The translations under genes were made by a program, and so were the position numbers. Positions 1 to 11,381 of a DNA stretch of 64,000 nucleotides are shown here, piece after piece; within the stretch, counting starts at the first letter, position 1; each line of letters begins with the position of its first letter. This DNA comes from a phage. Location of the stretch: assembly GCA_023551395.1 (NCBI GenBank), contig GCA_023551395.1_3945.1, one strand, 5' to 3'. Below the pieces are notes generated by a model. It saw nothing but the letters and a program-made list of their open reading frames with translations, was not told where the DNA came from and did no database searches.

Positions 1-2
1 TT

Positions 3-484
<482 letters not shown>

Positions 485-486
485 TA

Positions 487-1674
487 ATGGCAGTAGGTGA
501 AATTCAAATTAGTGCCTTGCCTCAAGCAGCCTTACCAATTGACCTTAGTGATATCTTCCATCTTAAACAAGGTATTGAGGATAAGAGATGCACTCTTGAG
601 CAATTACTTGCTCCACACTCAAGCCTAAGAAATAACCCTCATGGTGTTACTAAAACACAAATTGGTTTAGATAACGTTATCAATGCTCTTCAGTTAGTTG
701 CTGCAAATAACTTATCAGACGTTACTAATGTAGCTCAGGCAAGAGCAAATCTACAGATTATGTCTTCAGAAGAGGTTAATAATCTTGTTCAACAGCATAT
801 TCAGGACAAGAGCAACCCACATAATACAACTAAGGCACAGGTAGGATTGAGTAATGTTCAGAACTGGACAACATCTAACCTTTATAACGAAGATGCAGAT
901 AAGTATGCTACAGCAAGAGCAGTAAATAACTTGTACAAGGCTGTTCAGGCTTCTTATCCAGTAGGTACTATCCATCTTTCCATGAACTCTGCAAACCCTT
1001 CTACGTATTTAATTTGTGGAGGAACTTGGGAGTTAGTTTCAAAAGGTAGAGCATTGGTTGGTTATGACTCTGACACAAGACCAGCAGGTTCTGTATTTGG
1101 TGCTTCAACTGTCACTTTGTCAGTTAATAACATGCCTCAACACTCTCACTCTGTGTCTCTTAGTGGTGGTGGTCATACTCATAATGCAACGGTGTCAATT
1201 TCAGCTTTTGACTATGGGACTAAGACTACCAACTCTTTTGACTATGGAACTAAGACCACTAACACAACTGGTAACCACAACCATGTTGGTAGTGGGTCAA
1301 CAAGTTCTGCTGGTGCTCATAACCACAGATTGACCTATGAATCAGGTGGTGGTTTATCGGAAAGACCTGCAATGGTTTGGTCTTCAAGGAATGACCAATC
1401 ATGGTACTCAGCAGATGCTGTCTGTGAAGTAGCTGGTGCACACACTCACTCTTTCAGTGTTACCACTAACACAACTGGTAACCACAACCATACGGTTGGT
1501 ATTGGTGCTCATAGCCACACAGTTGGTATTGGTTCGCATACACATAATGGTACTGTAACAGTTTCTTCTTCTGAACATACGCATAGCGGGAACACTAATA
1601 GTGTTGGTGGTGGACAAGCTTTCAATATTGAGCAGCCATCCTTCGTACTGTATGTATGGCAGAGAACGGCTTAA
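487..1674 (+). CDS. tail fibre / receptor-binding protein with His-x-His boxes
   Basis: C-terminal half is Gly/Ser/Thr-rich with repeated HxH boxes (HSHS, GGHTHN, GNHNH, GAHNH, GAHTHS, GAHSHT, GSHTHN, EHTHS) as in T4 gp37-type fibre tips; GGAG RBS; tandem duplications FDYGTKTTN x2 and HTVGIG x2. Confidence 0.7.
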   Translation: MAVGEIQISALPQAALPIDLSDIFHLKQGIEDKRCTLEQLLAPHSSLRNNPHGVTKTQIGLDNVINALQLVAANNLSDVTNVAQARANLQIMSSEEVNNLVQQHIQDKSNPHNTTKAQVGLSNVQNWTTSNLYNEDADKYATARAVNNLYKAVQASYPVGTIHLSMNSANPSTYLICGGTWELVSKGRALVGYDSDTRPAGSVFGASTVTLSVNNMPQHSHSVSLSGGGHTHNATVSISAFDYGTKTTNSFDYGTKTTNTTGNHNHVGSGSTSSAGAHNHRLTYESGGGLSERPAMVWSSRNDQSWYSADAVCEVAGAHTHSFSVTTNTTGNHNHTVGIGAHSHTVGIGSHTHNGTVTVSSSEHTHSGNTNSVGGGQAFNIEQPSFVLYVWQRTA

Positions 1675-1684
1675 TTTCTTTACA

Positions 1685-1704
1685 GGGGCTTTATAGCCCC
1701 TTTT
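1685..1704 (+). terminator. Rho-independent terminator
   Basis: GGGGCTTTATAGCCCC hairpin followed by TTTT, just after the stop of 487..1674. Confidence 0.5.
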
Positions 1705-1720
1705 AAGAGGAAAATTTATA

Positions 1721-4099
1721 ATGGCAGATTACAAGTTGAGTGAATTAAACTCAATCGATACAATCCGTTCAGATGACCTTCTTCATGTCAGAGTTAAAAA
1801 GAGACCTGAAATGCTGGGTGATGAAGACCGTCGAATGACCTATCAAGACTTCTTAGCATCTTTTAAACTCGAAAGATTTGTTCAGATTGCTGGTAGCACT
1901 ATGACGGGTGACTTAGGTATTGTCAAACTTCTTTATGGTGGTAAGGCAGTATTTGACCCAACAGGCTCTTCTGAGATTAATATTGGGGACGTTTTAAAGA
2001 CTTTTAAAATTAACTCAAACGGTCTTAAGCTAACTATTGCAGACGCTTCAAGGTCGGCAACTGTTTATCACACTCTGAATAAACCAAGTCCTAATGAACT
2101 TGGAATGAGAACTAATGAAGAGAATGATGCAAGATACTCAAGATTAGCTGCAAATAACATCTTTACCTTCCAACAGGTTATTCAAGCAAATGGCGAAGCT
2201 ATTAGACTAAAAAACTCTTCTGAGAACTCCCCGTTGTATATTAGAGGTCAGGATAGCACTGGTGCTAATAGGTGGTATGTAGGTAATGGTTCAGGGAATG
2301 ATGATGTTATTATCCACAACTACAAGACAGGTTGTGAAGTTAATCTGTCTAGTGTTGCTGCTATTAGCAAGACACTAAGAATCACTGGTCAAGTTCAACC
2401 ATCTGACTTCTCTAACTTAGATGCTAGATATTTTACTCAGACAGTAGCTAATCAGAGATTTGCACAGTTAAATGCTAGTAATGTTCTTTATGGTGCTAAT
2501 ACATTTAAAAAAGATGTTGTATTTAACTCAGATATCCCTGTCATTCTTAAGAGTCTAACAGCTAACAAACCATTATATATTCTAGGTAGAGATGACCAAA
2601 ACTCCAACTTGTGGTTTGTTGGTAAAGGTGGTTCGGGAACAGAGATTAAATTCTATAACTATGTGAGTGATACGGTTTTAGAGTTGTCTGAGACGGCAAG
2701 ATTTAATAAAACTTTGAAGATTACTGGTCAAGTTCAACCATCTGATTGGACTAACATTGACTCTAGATATATTCCAGCAGCAACTTTGAGTAATCTTGCT
2801 AAGATTAATGTGGCTAACACTTTTACAAATGTGCAGACTATTGTATCTAACAATGAAGGTCTAGTATTGAGGAACTTAACACAGGGTCAGCCACAATATA
2901 TCCGTGGTGTTGATACTGCGAATGTATCTAGGTGGTGGGTAGGTGTAGGTGGTACAAATTCTACTGATGTAGCCTTAAACAACAGCTCATCTGGGACTCA
3001 AATTACCCTTATGACTTCAGCGATTAAGGCTAATAAGAATCTAACCATTACTGGTCAAGTTCAACCTTCTGATTGGTCTAACTTAGATGCTAGATATTTT
3101 GTTAAAACTCAGTTATTAAACCAATCCTTAATGACTGTCTCTGTAGATAACCTTGAAAACCCTTCAGGTTTTAATCTTGGATATTCAGGTTTTGTCAGAA
3201 ACAATGCGGTTACTAGTGGACTGAAAGAATTGGCAATCCATGTTGCGCACTCTAATAAGACTGCTGCACATGCAAGAGGAATCTCTTTTGTGTATGGCTC
3301 AAATGGACTGGCAACATTTACCTATGCCTATGACAAAAATGGTGACTATGCCGGAGAAGCACAGATTTATACAACTGATTTTAAACCAACCCCTTCAGAT
3401 ATTGGTGCATACACTAAAGCTGAAACTGACCAGAAGATTGCACAAGCTGTAAGCGACTCCACAGACCTTAACAAAATCTATCCAGTGGGTATTGTAACGT
3501 GGTTTAACAGTAATGTTGACCCTAATACGGCACTTCCTGGTCTAACTTGGACGTACCTGAACAATGGTGTTGGTAGAACTATCAGAATTGCAGCAGCAAA
3601 CGGTTCAGATGTTGCTACAACTGGTGGTTCAGATTCTGTGACGTTAGCTGTTGGTAACTTACCATCACACACCCATAGTTTCTCTGCTACCACTTCATCT
3701 TTTGATTATGGTACGAAGAACACTAATAGCACTGGTGGTCATACTCACTCTGTAAGTGGTACAACAAGTGCTGCTGGTAACCACGCTCACCACTTAGGTC
3801 TGCTATTGGTTAATGGTGGTGATGCTCAGTACGGATATACCACTATTGGTAACAATAAGACAAGAACTCTTGACTGGCTTGACAGAACTGATAACAAATT
3901 CCCTAACACTAACACAACTGGTAACCATACACACACATGGTCTGGTACTACAAGTAACACTGGTGCTCACACCCACTCTGTAGGTATCGGTGCTCACACT
4001 CATACAGTTAGTGGTAACACTGGTGGTACAGGTTCTGGTTCAGCATTTAGTGTTACTAACCAGTTCTACAAGTTAATGGCTTGGGTAAGAACTGCTTAA
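1721..4099 (+). CDS. long tail fibre protein with three shaft repeats and HxH-box tip
   Basis: 792 aa; three ~105 aa internal repeats each ending ITGQVQPSD(F/W)(S/T)N(L/I)D(A/S)RY; C-terminus has HxH boxes; C-terminal end (LMAWVRTA) resembles that of the preceding gene (LYVWQRTA). Confidence 0.75.
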   Translation: MADYKLSELNSIDTIRSDDLLHVRVKKRPEMLGDEDRRMTYQDFLASFKLERFVQIAGSTMTGDLGIVKLLYGGKAVFDPTGSSEINIGDVLKTFKINSNGLKLTIADASRSATVYHTLNKPSPNELGMRTNEENDARYSRLAANNIFTFQQVIQANGEAIRLKNSSENSPLYIRGQDSTGANRWYVGNGSGNDDVIIHNYKTGCEVNLSSVAAISKTLRITGQVQPSDFSNLDARYFTQTVANQRFAQLNASNVLYGANTFKKDVVFNSDIPVILKSLTANKPLYILGRDDQNSNLWFVGKGGSGTEIKFYNYVSDTVLELSETARFNKTLKITGQVQPSDWTNIDSRYIPAATLSNLAKINVANTFTNVQTIVSNNEGLVLRNLTQGQPQYIRGVDTANVSRWWVGVGGTNSTDVALNNSSSGTQITLMTSAIKANKNLTITGQVQPSDWSNLDARYFVKTQLLNQSLMTVSVDNLENPSGFNLGYSGFVRNNAVTSGLKELAIHVAHSNKTAAHARGISFVYGSNGLATFTYAYDKNGDYAGEAQIYTTDFKPTPSDIGAYTKAETDQKIAQAVSDSTDLNKIYPVGIVTWFNSNVDPNTALPGLTWTYLNNGVGRTIRIAAANGSDVATTGGSDSVTLAVGNLPSHTHSFSATTSSFDYGTKNTNSTGGHTHSVSGTTSAAGNHAHHLGLLLVNGGDAQYGYTTIGNNKTRTLDWLDRTDNKFPNTNTTGNHTHTWSGTTSNTGAHTHSVGIGAHTHTVSGNTGGTGSGSAFSVTNQFYKLMAWVRTA

Positions 4100-4178
4100 T
4101 CCCTTGTTGACTGATTGTTGAGATGGTGTTAATATTCTTTATTGGTATTCTCACCATCTTGGCTGATGAGGTGATTAA

Positions 4179-4376
4179 ATGCCTACAATCCTAGCAATTC
4201 TTCTAAAAAATCTAGGTAGCTTCTTCTGGAAACTCATTTTATCCCTTCTAAGTGAATACATGATTGAGAAAGTGTTCTTTAGGCTTGCAAGATACCTTGC
4301 GAGTAAAACAGACACACCTATTGATGATGAGTTCGTAGATAACTTAGAAAAAGCTTTTAAGGGGGAGAATAAATGA
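4179..4376 (+). CDS. small hydrophobic protein
   Basis: 65 aa, hydrophobic N-terminal half; stop overlaps next start. Confidence 0.4.
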   Translation: MPTILAILLKNLGSFFWKLILSLLSEYMIEKVFFRLARYLASKTDTPIDDEFVDNLEKAFKGENK

Positions 4377-4744
4377 AGTGGCTAGAGGAAGCTTTTAAAA
4401 ATAATATTGGTGCAATTGTTGTTGGTATTTTTAGTGTTATTGGGATGTATACCACTATGCAAGTTTCAAGTGGTAAGCAAGAAGTGTCTGTCACAACAAA
4501 GTTACAGCAGCTAGATAATTATTCCAAAAGTAACTATTCAGCTATTCGTGATTTACAGTCTGACATGAGACTGATTCAGCTAGGGATGGAGAACCAGAAA
4601 GTTCAGTTAGAGAACGTTAAGGGTGAGAATGCAAAACTTACCAAAACTCTTGATAAATTCTCTGACAGTGTGAATAATCTGGCTCAATCAGTATCAGCCT
4701 TGCAAGCTATTACTGAAAAGAACACAAAGAATACTGAAAAATAA
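4373..4744 (+). CDS. membrane-anchored coiled-coil protein
   Basis: N-terminal TM helix (IGAIVVGIFSVIGMY) then heptad-like helical region. Confidence 0.45.
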   Translation: MKWLEEAFKNNIGAIVVGIFSVIGMYTTMQVSSGKQEVSVTTKLQQLDNYSKSNYSAIRDLQSDMRLIQLGMENQKVQLENVKGENAKLTKTLDKFSDSVNNLAQSVSALQAITEKNTKNTEK

Positions 4745-4750
4745 AGTTTA

Positions 4751-4781
4751 AGGCTCCTTTTTACGGGAGCCTTTTTTGTTT
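4751..4781. terminator. Rho-independent terminator at convergent gene junction
   Basis: GGCTCC-TTTTTAC-GGGAGCC hairpin followed by TTTTTTGTTTT, between a plus-strand stop (4744) and a minus-strand stop (4781). Confidence 0.6.
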
Positions 4782-5680
4782 TACTTGCCTACTGACAGAG
4801 GTGCTTCAATCTTCCCTGCATGTTGGTAGTTGTTAATTCCACCAATAAAGTCACTTGCAGTAAGATGTTTTAAGTCACTTAAAGTGTTAAGCTGTACACC
4901 AATCTCAAAAGTAGGTGCATGGAACTCTTCATTGTTCATCAGTTCATAAACCTGCTTCATATGGTTCTGATAAATCTGAGTATCTCCAAAGACACCTATC
5001 AAGTACCGTGGAGTGTATCCAGTCATCTTGCAAAGAACTTCCAGAATAAAACCATAAGACGCAATATTAAATGGAAGTCCTAAAAAGGTGTCTACAGAAC
5101 GTTGATACCATTGTAAGTCAACTTCACCTTCATTAGTGATATAAATCTGAAACAGAACATGACAAGGTGCTAAAGCCATTGAGTTTGCTGCAATATCTGC
5201 TGCATTCCAAGCATTAACAAGCATGTAACGGTCTGTGATATCACCCTTCATCTTCGTTACTAAGGCCTCTAACTGGTCTACAACACAACCATTATGACCT
5301 TCGAAGTTTCTCCACTGAACCCCGTAGATTCTCCCACCTGCATCTTCTAACCAGTCTTGCTCAGAAGAATAGTTAGAGCTTAACCAACGTTTAAAATCAT
5401 CTGACCAGATGGTCCAACGTTCTCCATCATTTTCACCCCAAGTGCGATAACGGAGTTCACCAAGTTTATTCTCACCATTCAGGAACCATAAAGCTTCCCC
5501 AATAACTTGCCGTGTAAACACCTGTTTAGATGTTAAGAGTGGGAAACCAGTACGCATATCAAAACGAAACTGTGGTGGAGCAAATGCAGAGATAACATCT
5601 CCAGTTCGTGTAGTACGCAGTTCACCAACGGATAAAACATGGTTCAGGATATTTTTGTAACTTGAATCTGCTTGTGACAT
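4781..5680 (-). CDS. thyA: thymidylate synthase
   Basis: 299 aa; active-site Cys motif ALAPCH; ThyA-like overall features. Confidence 0.85.
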   Translation of the reverse strand: MSQADSSYKNILNHVLSVGELRTTRTGDVISAFAPPQFRFDMRTGFPLLTSKQVFTRQVIGEALWFLNGENKLGELRYRTWGENDGERWTIWSDDFKRWLSSNYSSEQDWLEDAGGRIYGVQWRNFEGHNGCVVDQLEALVTKMKGDITDRYMLVNAWNAADIAANSMALAPCHVLFQIYITNEGEVDLQWYQRSVDTFLGLPFNIASYGFILEVLCKMTGYTPRYLIGVFGDTQIYQNHMKQVYELMNNEEFHAPTFEIGVQLNTLSDLKHLTASDFIGGINNYQHAGKIEAPLSVGK

Positions 5681-5681
5681 A

Positions 5682-6227
5682 TCAAAAGTGTCCTTTTACT
5701 TGTGGAACATAAATTTCAAAAGTTGCTTTACCATCCTCTGATGGTTTTGACTGTACCTTTGTAAATACACGGTTATCATACAGCTTCTCAAAGAAGTTTT
5801 CAAAAGGTAAATGCACAGTAGCCTCTTCAGTAACTTTATGGAAGACTGTATGGAACACCACACCAGCATACGGTAAAGCATTGACAAGGACACCTGCACC
5901 ACCAATTACAAAGACATCTTCATCAATAGAGCTATCAAGATACTTCAAAAATGCTCCAAAGGATTCTTTGCTGGCCTTAGCATACATTACACCATCTTTG
6001 CCAAAATCTATACCTAAGTATGGTACAGAATTTGTTAAGATTAGGTTTGCACGTTCTGGTAGAGGTTTACTACCCAGAGTCTTAAAAGTCTCATTACCCA
6101 TGACTACTAAGTTATTTTTAGTGAGTCTCTTAAACTCTTGCATGTCCTGTTTATGTCGAGGCCACGGCATACCAGTTGGAGTACCAAATTCACCGTTTTC
6201 ACCACTTGCAAATATCAGCTTAATCAT
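5682..6227 (-). CDS. folA: dihydrofolate reductase
   Basis: 181 aa; N-terminal MIKLIFA...GMPWP...F and LPERANLILT match DHFR signatures; immediately upstream of thymidylate synthase. Confidence 0.8.
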   Translation of the reverse strand: MIKLIFASGENGEFGTPTGMPWPRHKQDMQEFKRLTKNNLVVMGNETFKTLGSKPLPERANLILTNSVPYLGIDFGKDGVMYAKASKESFGAFLKYLDSSIDEDVFVIGGAGVLVNALPYAGVVFHTVFHKVTEEATVHLPFENFFEKLYDNRVFTKVQSKPSEDGKATFEIYVPQVKGHF

Positions 6228-6484
6228 TTTGTAAACCCTTTCTTAATGAACCAGTTGATGACACTCTTCACAACTTTACTACGATGGTAGATAAAATGTG
6301 GAGAGGGTTGGTATGAACCATAAGCCCAGAAAGCGATAATTTCATTACACCCTGTGCATCGGGTACTTTCTTCAGCAATATGACCGTTGACTATTTCACT
6401 TACCTCACCTTGTAAGTCTGTACACCCGCAATGTGGACATCGGATAGGTGTTCCATCAGACTCATAGCAGTGTTCAATTTTCAT
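6224..6484 (-). CDS. small zinc-ribbon protein
   Basis: CPHCGC ... CTGC cysteine pairs. Confidence 0.4.
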   Translation of the reverse strand: MKIEHCYESDGTPIRCPHCGCTDLQGEVSEIVNGHIAEESTRCTGCNEIIAFWAYGSYQPSPHFIYHRSKVVKSVINWFIKKGFTK

Positions 6485-7000
6485 TTATTTAACCTCAAAA
6501 ACTGGTTCAAGAACCAATATAAAATCTACACAGTCATCTTCTTCATCCAGAATACCATCAAAGTTCTTAGGAACGAAGTCGAAGAGGCTCATAACAAAGC
6601 AGTCAGAAGTAACCCTGATAGTTCCTCCCATATTCTCTACAGTCAACACTGTACGACTTTCTTTTACCTCTCTCAGAAGATTACTCACAAAGTCATCTAA
6701 GAAGTACTTCATCAGTGACTTAAAGCCTTTAGGGTAATCTGTACCAGAGTATGTTTCAATTTGAGGTACAAGCTTAACATTTATACTGGTCTTTGTTAAG
6801 AATGTGCTAGAGAACATGCTATCAGGTAACTTACAAACAGTCTTTCCAGTACCTTCATGTTCAATCTCAACAAAACCAGCTTCGTCGCCACATGTAACTA
6901 TTTTAAAAGATGCTTCATTCTCATACTGTGAAGCCATAAACTTTTTAAGCATTTCCTTAAGGAAATCTGCATGAGCATCTTGTAAGTAGATATCAATCAT
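6485..7000 (-). CDS. hypothetical protein
   Basis: 171 aa ORF, tight packing with neighbours. Confidence 0.5.
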   Translation of the reverse strand: MIDIYLQDAHADFLKEMLKKFMASQYENEASFKIVTCGDEAGFVEIEHEGTGKTVCKLPDSMFSSTFLTKTSINVKLVPQIETYSGTDYPKGFKSLMKYFLDDFVSNLLREVKESRTVLTVENMGGTIRVTSDCFVMSLFDFVPKNFDGILDEEDDCVDFILVLEPVFEVK

Positions 7001-7013
7001 AGTTAATTACCTA

Positions 7014-7373
7014 TTATGGGAACAGACACTTGATGTCATCATTTTTGAAAACGAAACTTGTGTAGTTGTGACCGTCAACATCCAACCAAACAGCCTGAAC
7101 ATCTACACCATCAAGATTCTGGTAAAGCTCTTTGATGAAGTGGTCTTTCACAACCTGACTGCTAGTGGTTTCCAGCTTAATGTTTGAGATTGCTGAACCT
7201 ACAGCCATATAACCCATGACACGTTTCTTCTCAGTATGCTTAATCTTACCATCTTTGTAAGCCATAATGAGATTGGAAAGAATCTTCACACCATAATATT
7301 TTTCAAGGTGAGTAGGTACACCATAAAAGCCTAATGCGAAGTTTTCAGAGTGGATAATGTTTTCACGTTTCAT
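7014..7373 (-). CDS. hypothetical protein
   Basis: 119 aa ORF. Confidence 0.5.
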   Translation of the reverse strand: MKRENIIHSENFALGFYGVPTHLEKYYGVKILSNLIMAYKDGKIKHTEKKRVMGYMAVGSAISNIKLETTSSQVVKDHFIKELYQNLDGVDVQAVWLDVDGHNYTSFVFKNDDIKCLFP

Positions 7374-7374
7374 A

Positions 7375-7704
7375 TTAATCTGCCAGCCTTAAATTAAAAT
7401 TAACACCAAATTTTTCGCATACTTCCAACATATACTCAAGGGAGACATTACCAGTGAGGTGGATTATGTTGGATACACGAGCCTGAGAGATACCACAAAT
7501 TTTAGCAACTTGCTCTTGAGAAAGACCTCTGGATTTAATCTCTCTCTTAAAACGATGTGCAACGAAGTCTCTCATTTCGTCTACATCCATTGGACAAATA
7601 TAACTCTCCATTTCAGCCTCTCTATCAGCCTCCCAATCATCTTGTGGAGCATAAGGGTCAAAAACCTCATTCATCTTTCTTCTTCCGTTTACGTGAAGTA
7701 TCAA
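7375..7704 (-). CDS. helix-turn-helix (XRE-like) DNA-binding protein
   Basis: LSQEQVAKICGISQARVSNI is a typical HTH; true start may be the Met at 7674, which would overlap the upstream stop by a few nt. Confidence 0.55.
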   Translation of the reverse strand: MILHVNGRRKMNEVFDPYAPQDDWEADREAEMESYICPMDVDEMRDFVAHRFKREIKSRGLSQEQVAKICGISQARVSNIIHLTGNVSLEYMLEVCEKFGVNFNLRLAD

Positions 7705-7879
7705 TTAATGAGTCTATGTTTGTAGCTCTGACCTTTTCACGTTCATCATTAAGATAATCGTCAAGAGCCTTTTCAATCTGTGAATCATCCTGACAGATGA
7801 CTGTAAAGACTGTAAAGCCGTCTGTATCGTCAATTATCTTACCATAACCGCTTCTGGGATGTAACTTTTTAAGAGCCAT
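7667..7879 (-). CDS. hypothetical small protein with basic C-terminus
   Basis: 70 aa ORF overlapping the start of the HTH gene. Confidence 0.4.
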   Translation of the reverse strand: MALKKLHPRSGYGKIIDDTDGFTVFTVICQDDSQIEKALDDYLNDEREKVRATNIDSLIDTSRKRKKKDE

Positions 7880-7880
7880 A

Positions 7881-8264
7881 TCAAATACCTGTGCAGCTTC
7901 TGTTTTCTAAGAAATACTCAACACCATACATAGCTTTTTGCATCAAATCTTCTTTAAACTGGATACGATGATTGAGCATAGCCTGTACATCAATATCATC
8001 AGGGTGCTTCTCTTTAATATTTGCAGATTGCAGGAAATACTCTGCAAGAACACGATACTGATAGTCAGTTACCTTATCAGTCATCTCTGTTAAAGACTCT
8101 TCAGAGATTGGTTTAAGTAGTTCACCTTTAGATAGGGCAACACCTTTAACAATCTGGCAAGTGTCTTCTGGAACACCTGATAAGTCCACATTTGGAAGTT
8201 CTGTTGCATTGACTGGTAAATTCATTGCCATAACCATTGCAGCAGCTAATAAAATCTTTTTCAT
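7881..8264 (-). CDS. secreted / periplasmic protein
   Basis: N-terminal signal peptide MKKILLAAAMVMAMNLPVNA. Confidence 0.5.
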   Translation of the reverse strand: MKKILLAAAMVMAMNLPVNATELPNVDLSGVPEDTCQIVKGVALSKGELLKPISEESLTEMTDKVTDYQYRVLAEYFLQSANIKEKHPDDIDVQAMLNHRIQFKEDLMQKAMYGVEYFLENRSCTGI

Positions 8265-8371
8265 AATGACCTCAAAGTTATATTAAATTTTGTATTACAT
8301 TGAGTATAAAAATAAGCTATAACACCTGACTTGTCAACAGATTTTATAGCTTATTTGGCAGATTTTTTATA

Positions 8372-8641
8372 AGGCTACTGCCATCCTTCCATACCTTACC
8401 TTACCACACCTAACCATACCTAACCATACCTAACCAAACTACACCATACAATACCTTGTTAAAAGACCCTTTTAAAGACCTTTTAAAAAGGTAAGTCTCA
8501 TTTTAATGTAGCTGAGACTAACTACCCATACCAGACCCTACCTTACCAAACCAGACCTCACCCTACCCCACCATACCGTATACTACCTCATTAAAAGACC
8601 CTCTTAAAGACCTTTTAAAAAGGAGCCTCCGAAGAGGCTAC
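8372..8641. repeat. composite intergenic repeat block, copy 1
   Basis: Plus strand nearly G-free tandem CCATACC/TTACC units, then AAAGACCTTTTAAAAAGG palindrome and hairpin GTAAGTCTCA...TGAGACT; second sub-unit ends in GGAGCCTCCGAAGAGGCT hairpin. Shares long stretches with 9774-10075. Confidence 0.7.
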
Positions 8642-8650
8642 CTAGTCAAC

Positions 8651-9091
8651 TTAGAAAGGTTTTCTGCGTTGCTTGTTAATGTTAGCTTTCATAGCAACTA
8701 AGTGGTTTTGCTGTTCAATTAGTCGTGAACGTTCTTGGTGGCTAAGTGCCATAGTGTTCACATTCTCAATTGCTTGAGTAGCTTGCTTTAAAGCACGACC
8801 AATTTTACCAGACATTTTACGTTTTGCAATAGTTGCTTGATGTTTAGGCTCAACCACACGATAACCAACACCCATTGAAGCAACCAGATAAATCTTCTCT
8901 TCTTTAAGAAGCTTTTCAATAAACTTCTCAAGTCGGTTTAGTCGTGTAAGTGCATAAGCCTTCATTTCATCTTCGTACTTAACAATGTCACCTTGATAAG
9001 TTGGCTTCACAATACCTAAGAAGGTATCCATCTCAGAATGTGATACAGTGTCACCGTAACTAAACTTTGCTGCTAATGCTTTTGTATTCAT
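8651..9091 (-). CDS. hypothetical protein
   Basis: 146 aa ORF between the two repeat blocks. Confidence 0.5.
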   Translation of the reverse strand: MNTKALAAKFSYGDTVSHSEMDTFLGIVKPTYQGDIVKYEDEMKAYALTRLNRLEKFIEKLLKEEKIYLVASMGVGYRVVEPKHQATIAKRKMSGKIGRALKQATQAIENVNTMALSHQERSRLIEQQNHLVAMKANINKQRRKPF

Positions 9092-9093
9092 AA

Positions 9094-9699
<606 letters not shown>

Positions 9700-9773
9700 T
9701 TAGTTGATTGTTAAGTTGTTTGTAAAGAACCCTCAACAGAAGACTCTTTAGAAACTTGGTAGATTTTTAACGT

Positions 9774-10075
9774 GGCTACTACCATCCACCCATACCATAC
9801 CGAACCTTACCTTACCAAACCAGACCGCGCCTTACCAAACCAGACCAAACATTACTTTACCCTACCTCATTAAAAAACCCTCTTAAAGACCTTTTAAAAA
9901 GGTAAGTCTCATTTTAATGTAGATGAGACTAACTACCCATACTGTACCGCACCTGACCCGACCTGACCAGACCTAGCATTACCGTGCCACACCGTACCGA
10001 ACAGAACACTACCATACCTCACATCACTTAAAAACCCTCTTAGAAGACTCTTAAGTGATGCTGGTGAGTACCCGT
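9774..10075. repeat. composite intergenic repeat block, copy 2
   Basis: Same architecture as 8372-8641: GGCTACTACCATCC start, G-depleted CA/T-rich tracts, CCTCATTAAAA(G/A)ACCCTCTTAAAGACCTTTTAAAAAGGTAAGTCTCATTTTAATGTAG(C/A)TGAGACTAACTACCCATAC shared almost verbatim. Confidence 0.7.
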
Positions 10076-10275
10076 TGGTTTATGCTGCTCAGTATACTCA
10101 CCAAATTTTCTATGTCAACAACTTTTTATAAAAAAGTTCTGATAGCTATATGTGTCACGAAACAAAAGATTGTAAACAAGACACCCATTGCAAAAGATGT
10201 GTCCAAAAGCTTACTTGCAACGTATGACAATACAAAGACAACCAGTATAAACAGAATGACTGTACTGAACATAGT

Positions 10276-11376
10276 TTATTCATAATCCCTAATAACTAGC
10301 CCGACAGGGAACTGTAAAGAACCCTTACGAGTCATCTTCTGGAACTGTACCGTTAAAGGTTTCCCGATAAACTCTTCAGGATGCTCAGCAAGATACTGTT
10401 TCTTCTCATGAGTAGTCTTCCATGAGACATCTACAAAGACGTTAGGAAGAGTCTCTACAACGAACTTACCGTGGCCACGCTTATCAGTCTTTACACCAGT
10501 CACTTTAAACTCTTCAGTGTGCATCTTCTTGTGCTTAATCAAGAAGTATGAACGGTGACAACACTCATAGAATGAGTCTTCAGAGATTGAACGGTACATT
10601 GCACCTTCAAACTTAGCCTCAACCCACTTATCATGAGCTTCATCAAATTCTTCCCAAGAGTTCACACGGATAGTCTGTACAGGAACCACTCTACAGGTAT
10701 CACCAAGCTCAACAATGGGTGAATTATCAATAACTTCACGACGCTCAGGCCAAGATTTTGAATTGTCACAGATATCATACCAGTAGAATTTAAGAAGGTG
10801 GCGGTCTGGATTGTCAGCATTCTTAATCATAGAGACAATATCTTCTAAGTCCCAACCATGAGCATAAATCTCACCATCAAAGTCTTCAACTTGTGGATGT
10901 AATTTAAGCAACAAAAGCAAATCTGGAATTAGTTCTGCTGGAACGTTGTAAACAGTATTCTCACGAGAATAAGCCGTGAAGTTAACTAAATCAGCATCTC
11001 TTGAAATTCTACAACGGACACCATCAAGTTTTGGTTGAGCATCAGCAGGGAACTTCAGATACTTTGCATGACTAACCTTTGCAGCATCATGAGCAAGCTG
11101 TACACCTACCTTCTCAGTATTCTGTGCAGATTCTTTTGTGTAAGCATAACCTTTACGGTCAACTTGCTTTTTATACTTAGCAGCAACTTCAAAGAGAGCT
11201 TGCTGTTCAGCATTACGCTCATTCTTTTTACCGATGTTCTTAGGCTCTGCTGTGTACTCTTCAAACATCATCTTGCCATTTTCTTTGCCATAGGTTGTAA
11301 TAACTTTGTCACCTACAGCGACACATGACCAGACGTTAAAAGAGCCATCTTTATTTTGTTTGTATAGAATTGTCAT
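10276..11376 (-). CDS. ATP-dependent DNA ligase
   Basis: 366 aa; adenylation motif I KLDGVR; size and layout like T7-type ligases. Confidence 0.85.
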   Translation of the reverse strand: MTILYKQNKDGSFNVWSCVAVGDKVITTYGKENGKMMFEEYTAEPKNIGKKNERNAEQQALFEVAAKYKKQVDRKGYAYTKESAQNTEKVGVQLAHDAAKVSHAKYLKFPADAQPKLDGVRCRISRDADLVNFTAYSRENTVYNVPAELIPDLLLLLKLHPQVEDFDGEIYAHGWDLEDIVSMIKNADNPDRHLLKFYWYDICDNSKSWPERREVIDNSPIVELGDTCRVVPVQTIRVNSWEEFDEAHDKWVEAKFEGAMYRSISEDSFYECCHRSYFLIKHKKMHTEEFKVTGVKTDKRGHGKFVVETLPNVFVDVSWKTTHEKKQYLAEHPEEFIGKPLTVQFQKMTRKGSLQFPVGLVIRDYE

Positions 11377-11381
11377 TCAAA

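Noticed and set aside
766-1617. Track ORFs 766..975(-), 1058..1333(+), 1259..1441(-), 1408..1617(-) inside the first fibre gene
   Set aside because: They lie wholly within the longer HxH-box fibre ORF on either strand and are low-complexity translations of its repeats; treated as shadow ORFs.
3240-4003. Track ORFs 3240..3452(+), 3478..3693(-), 3803..4003(-) inside the long fibre gene
   Set aside because: Embedded in the 792 aa fibre ORF; no RBS or independent support.
5696-6234. Track ORFs 5696..5905(-) and 5881..6234(+) overlapping the DHFR gene
   Set aside because: Alternative-frame or antisense shadows of a well-supported DHFR ORF.
10055-10285. Plus-strand ORF 10055..10285 (76 aa)
   Set aside because: Starts inside the intergenic repeat block and runs antisense to the minus-strand transcription unit; no RBS; likely spurious.
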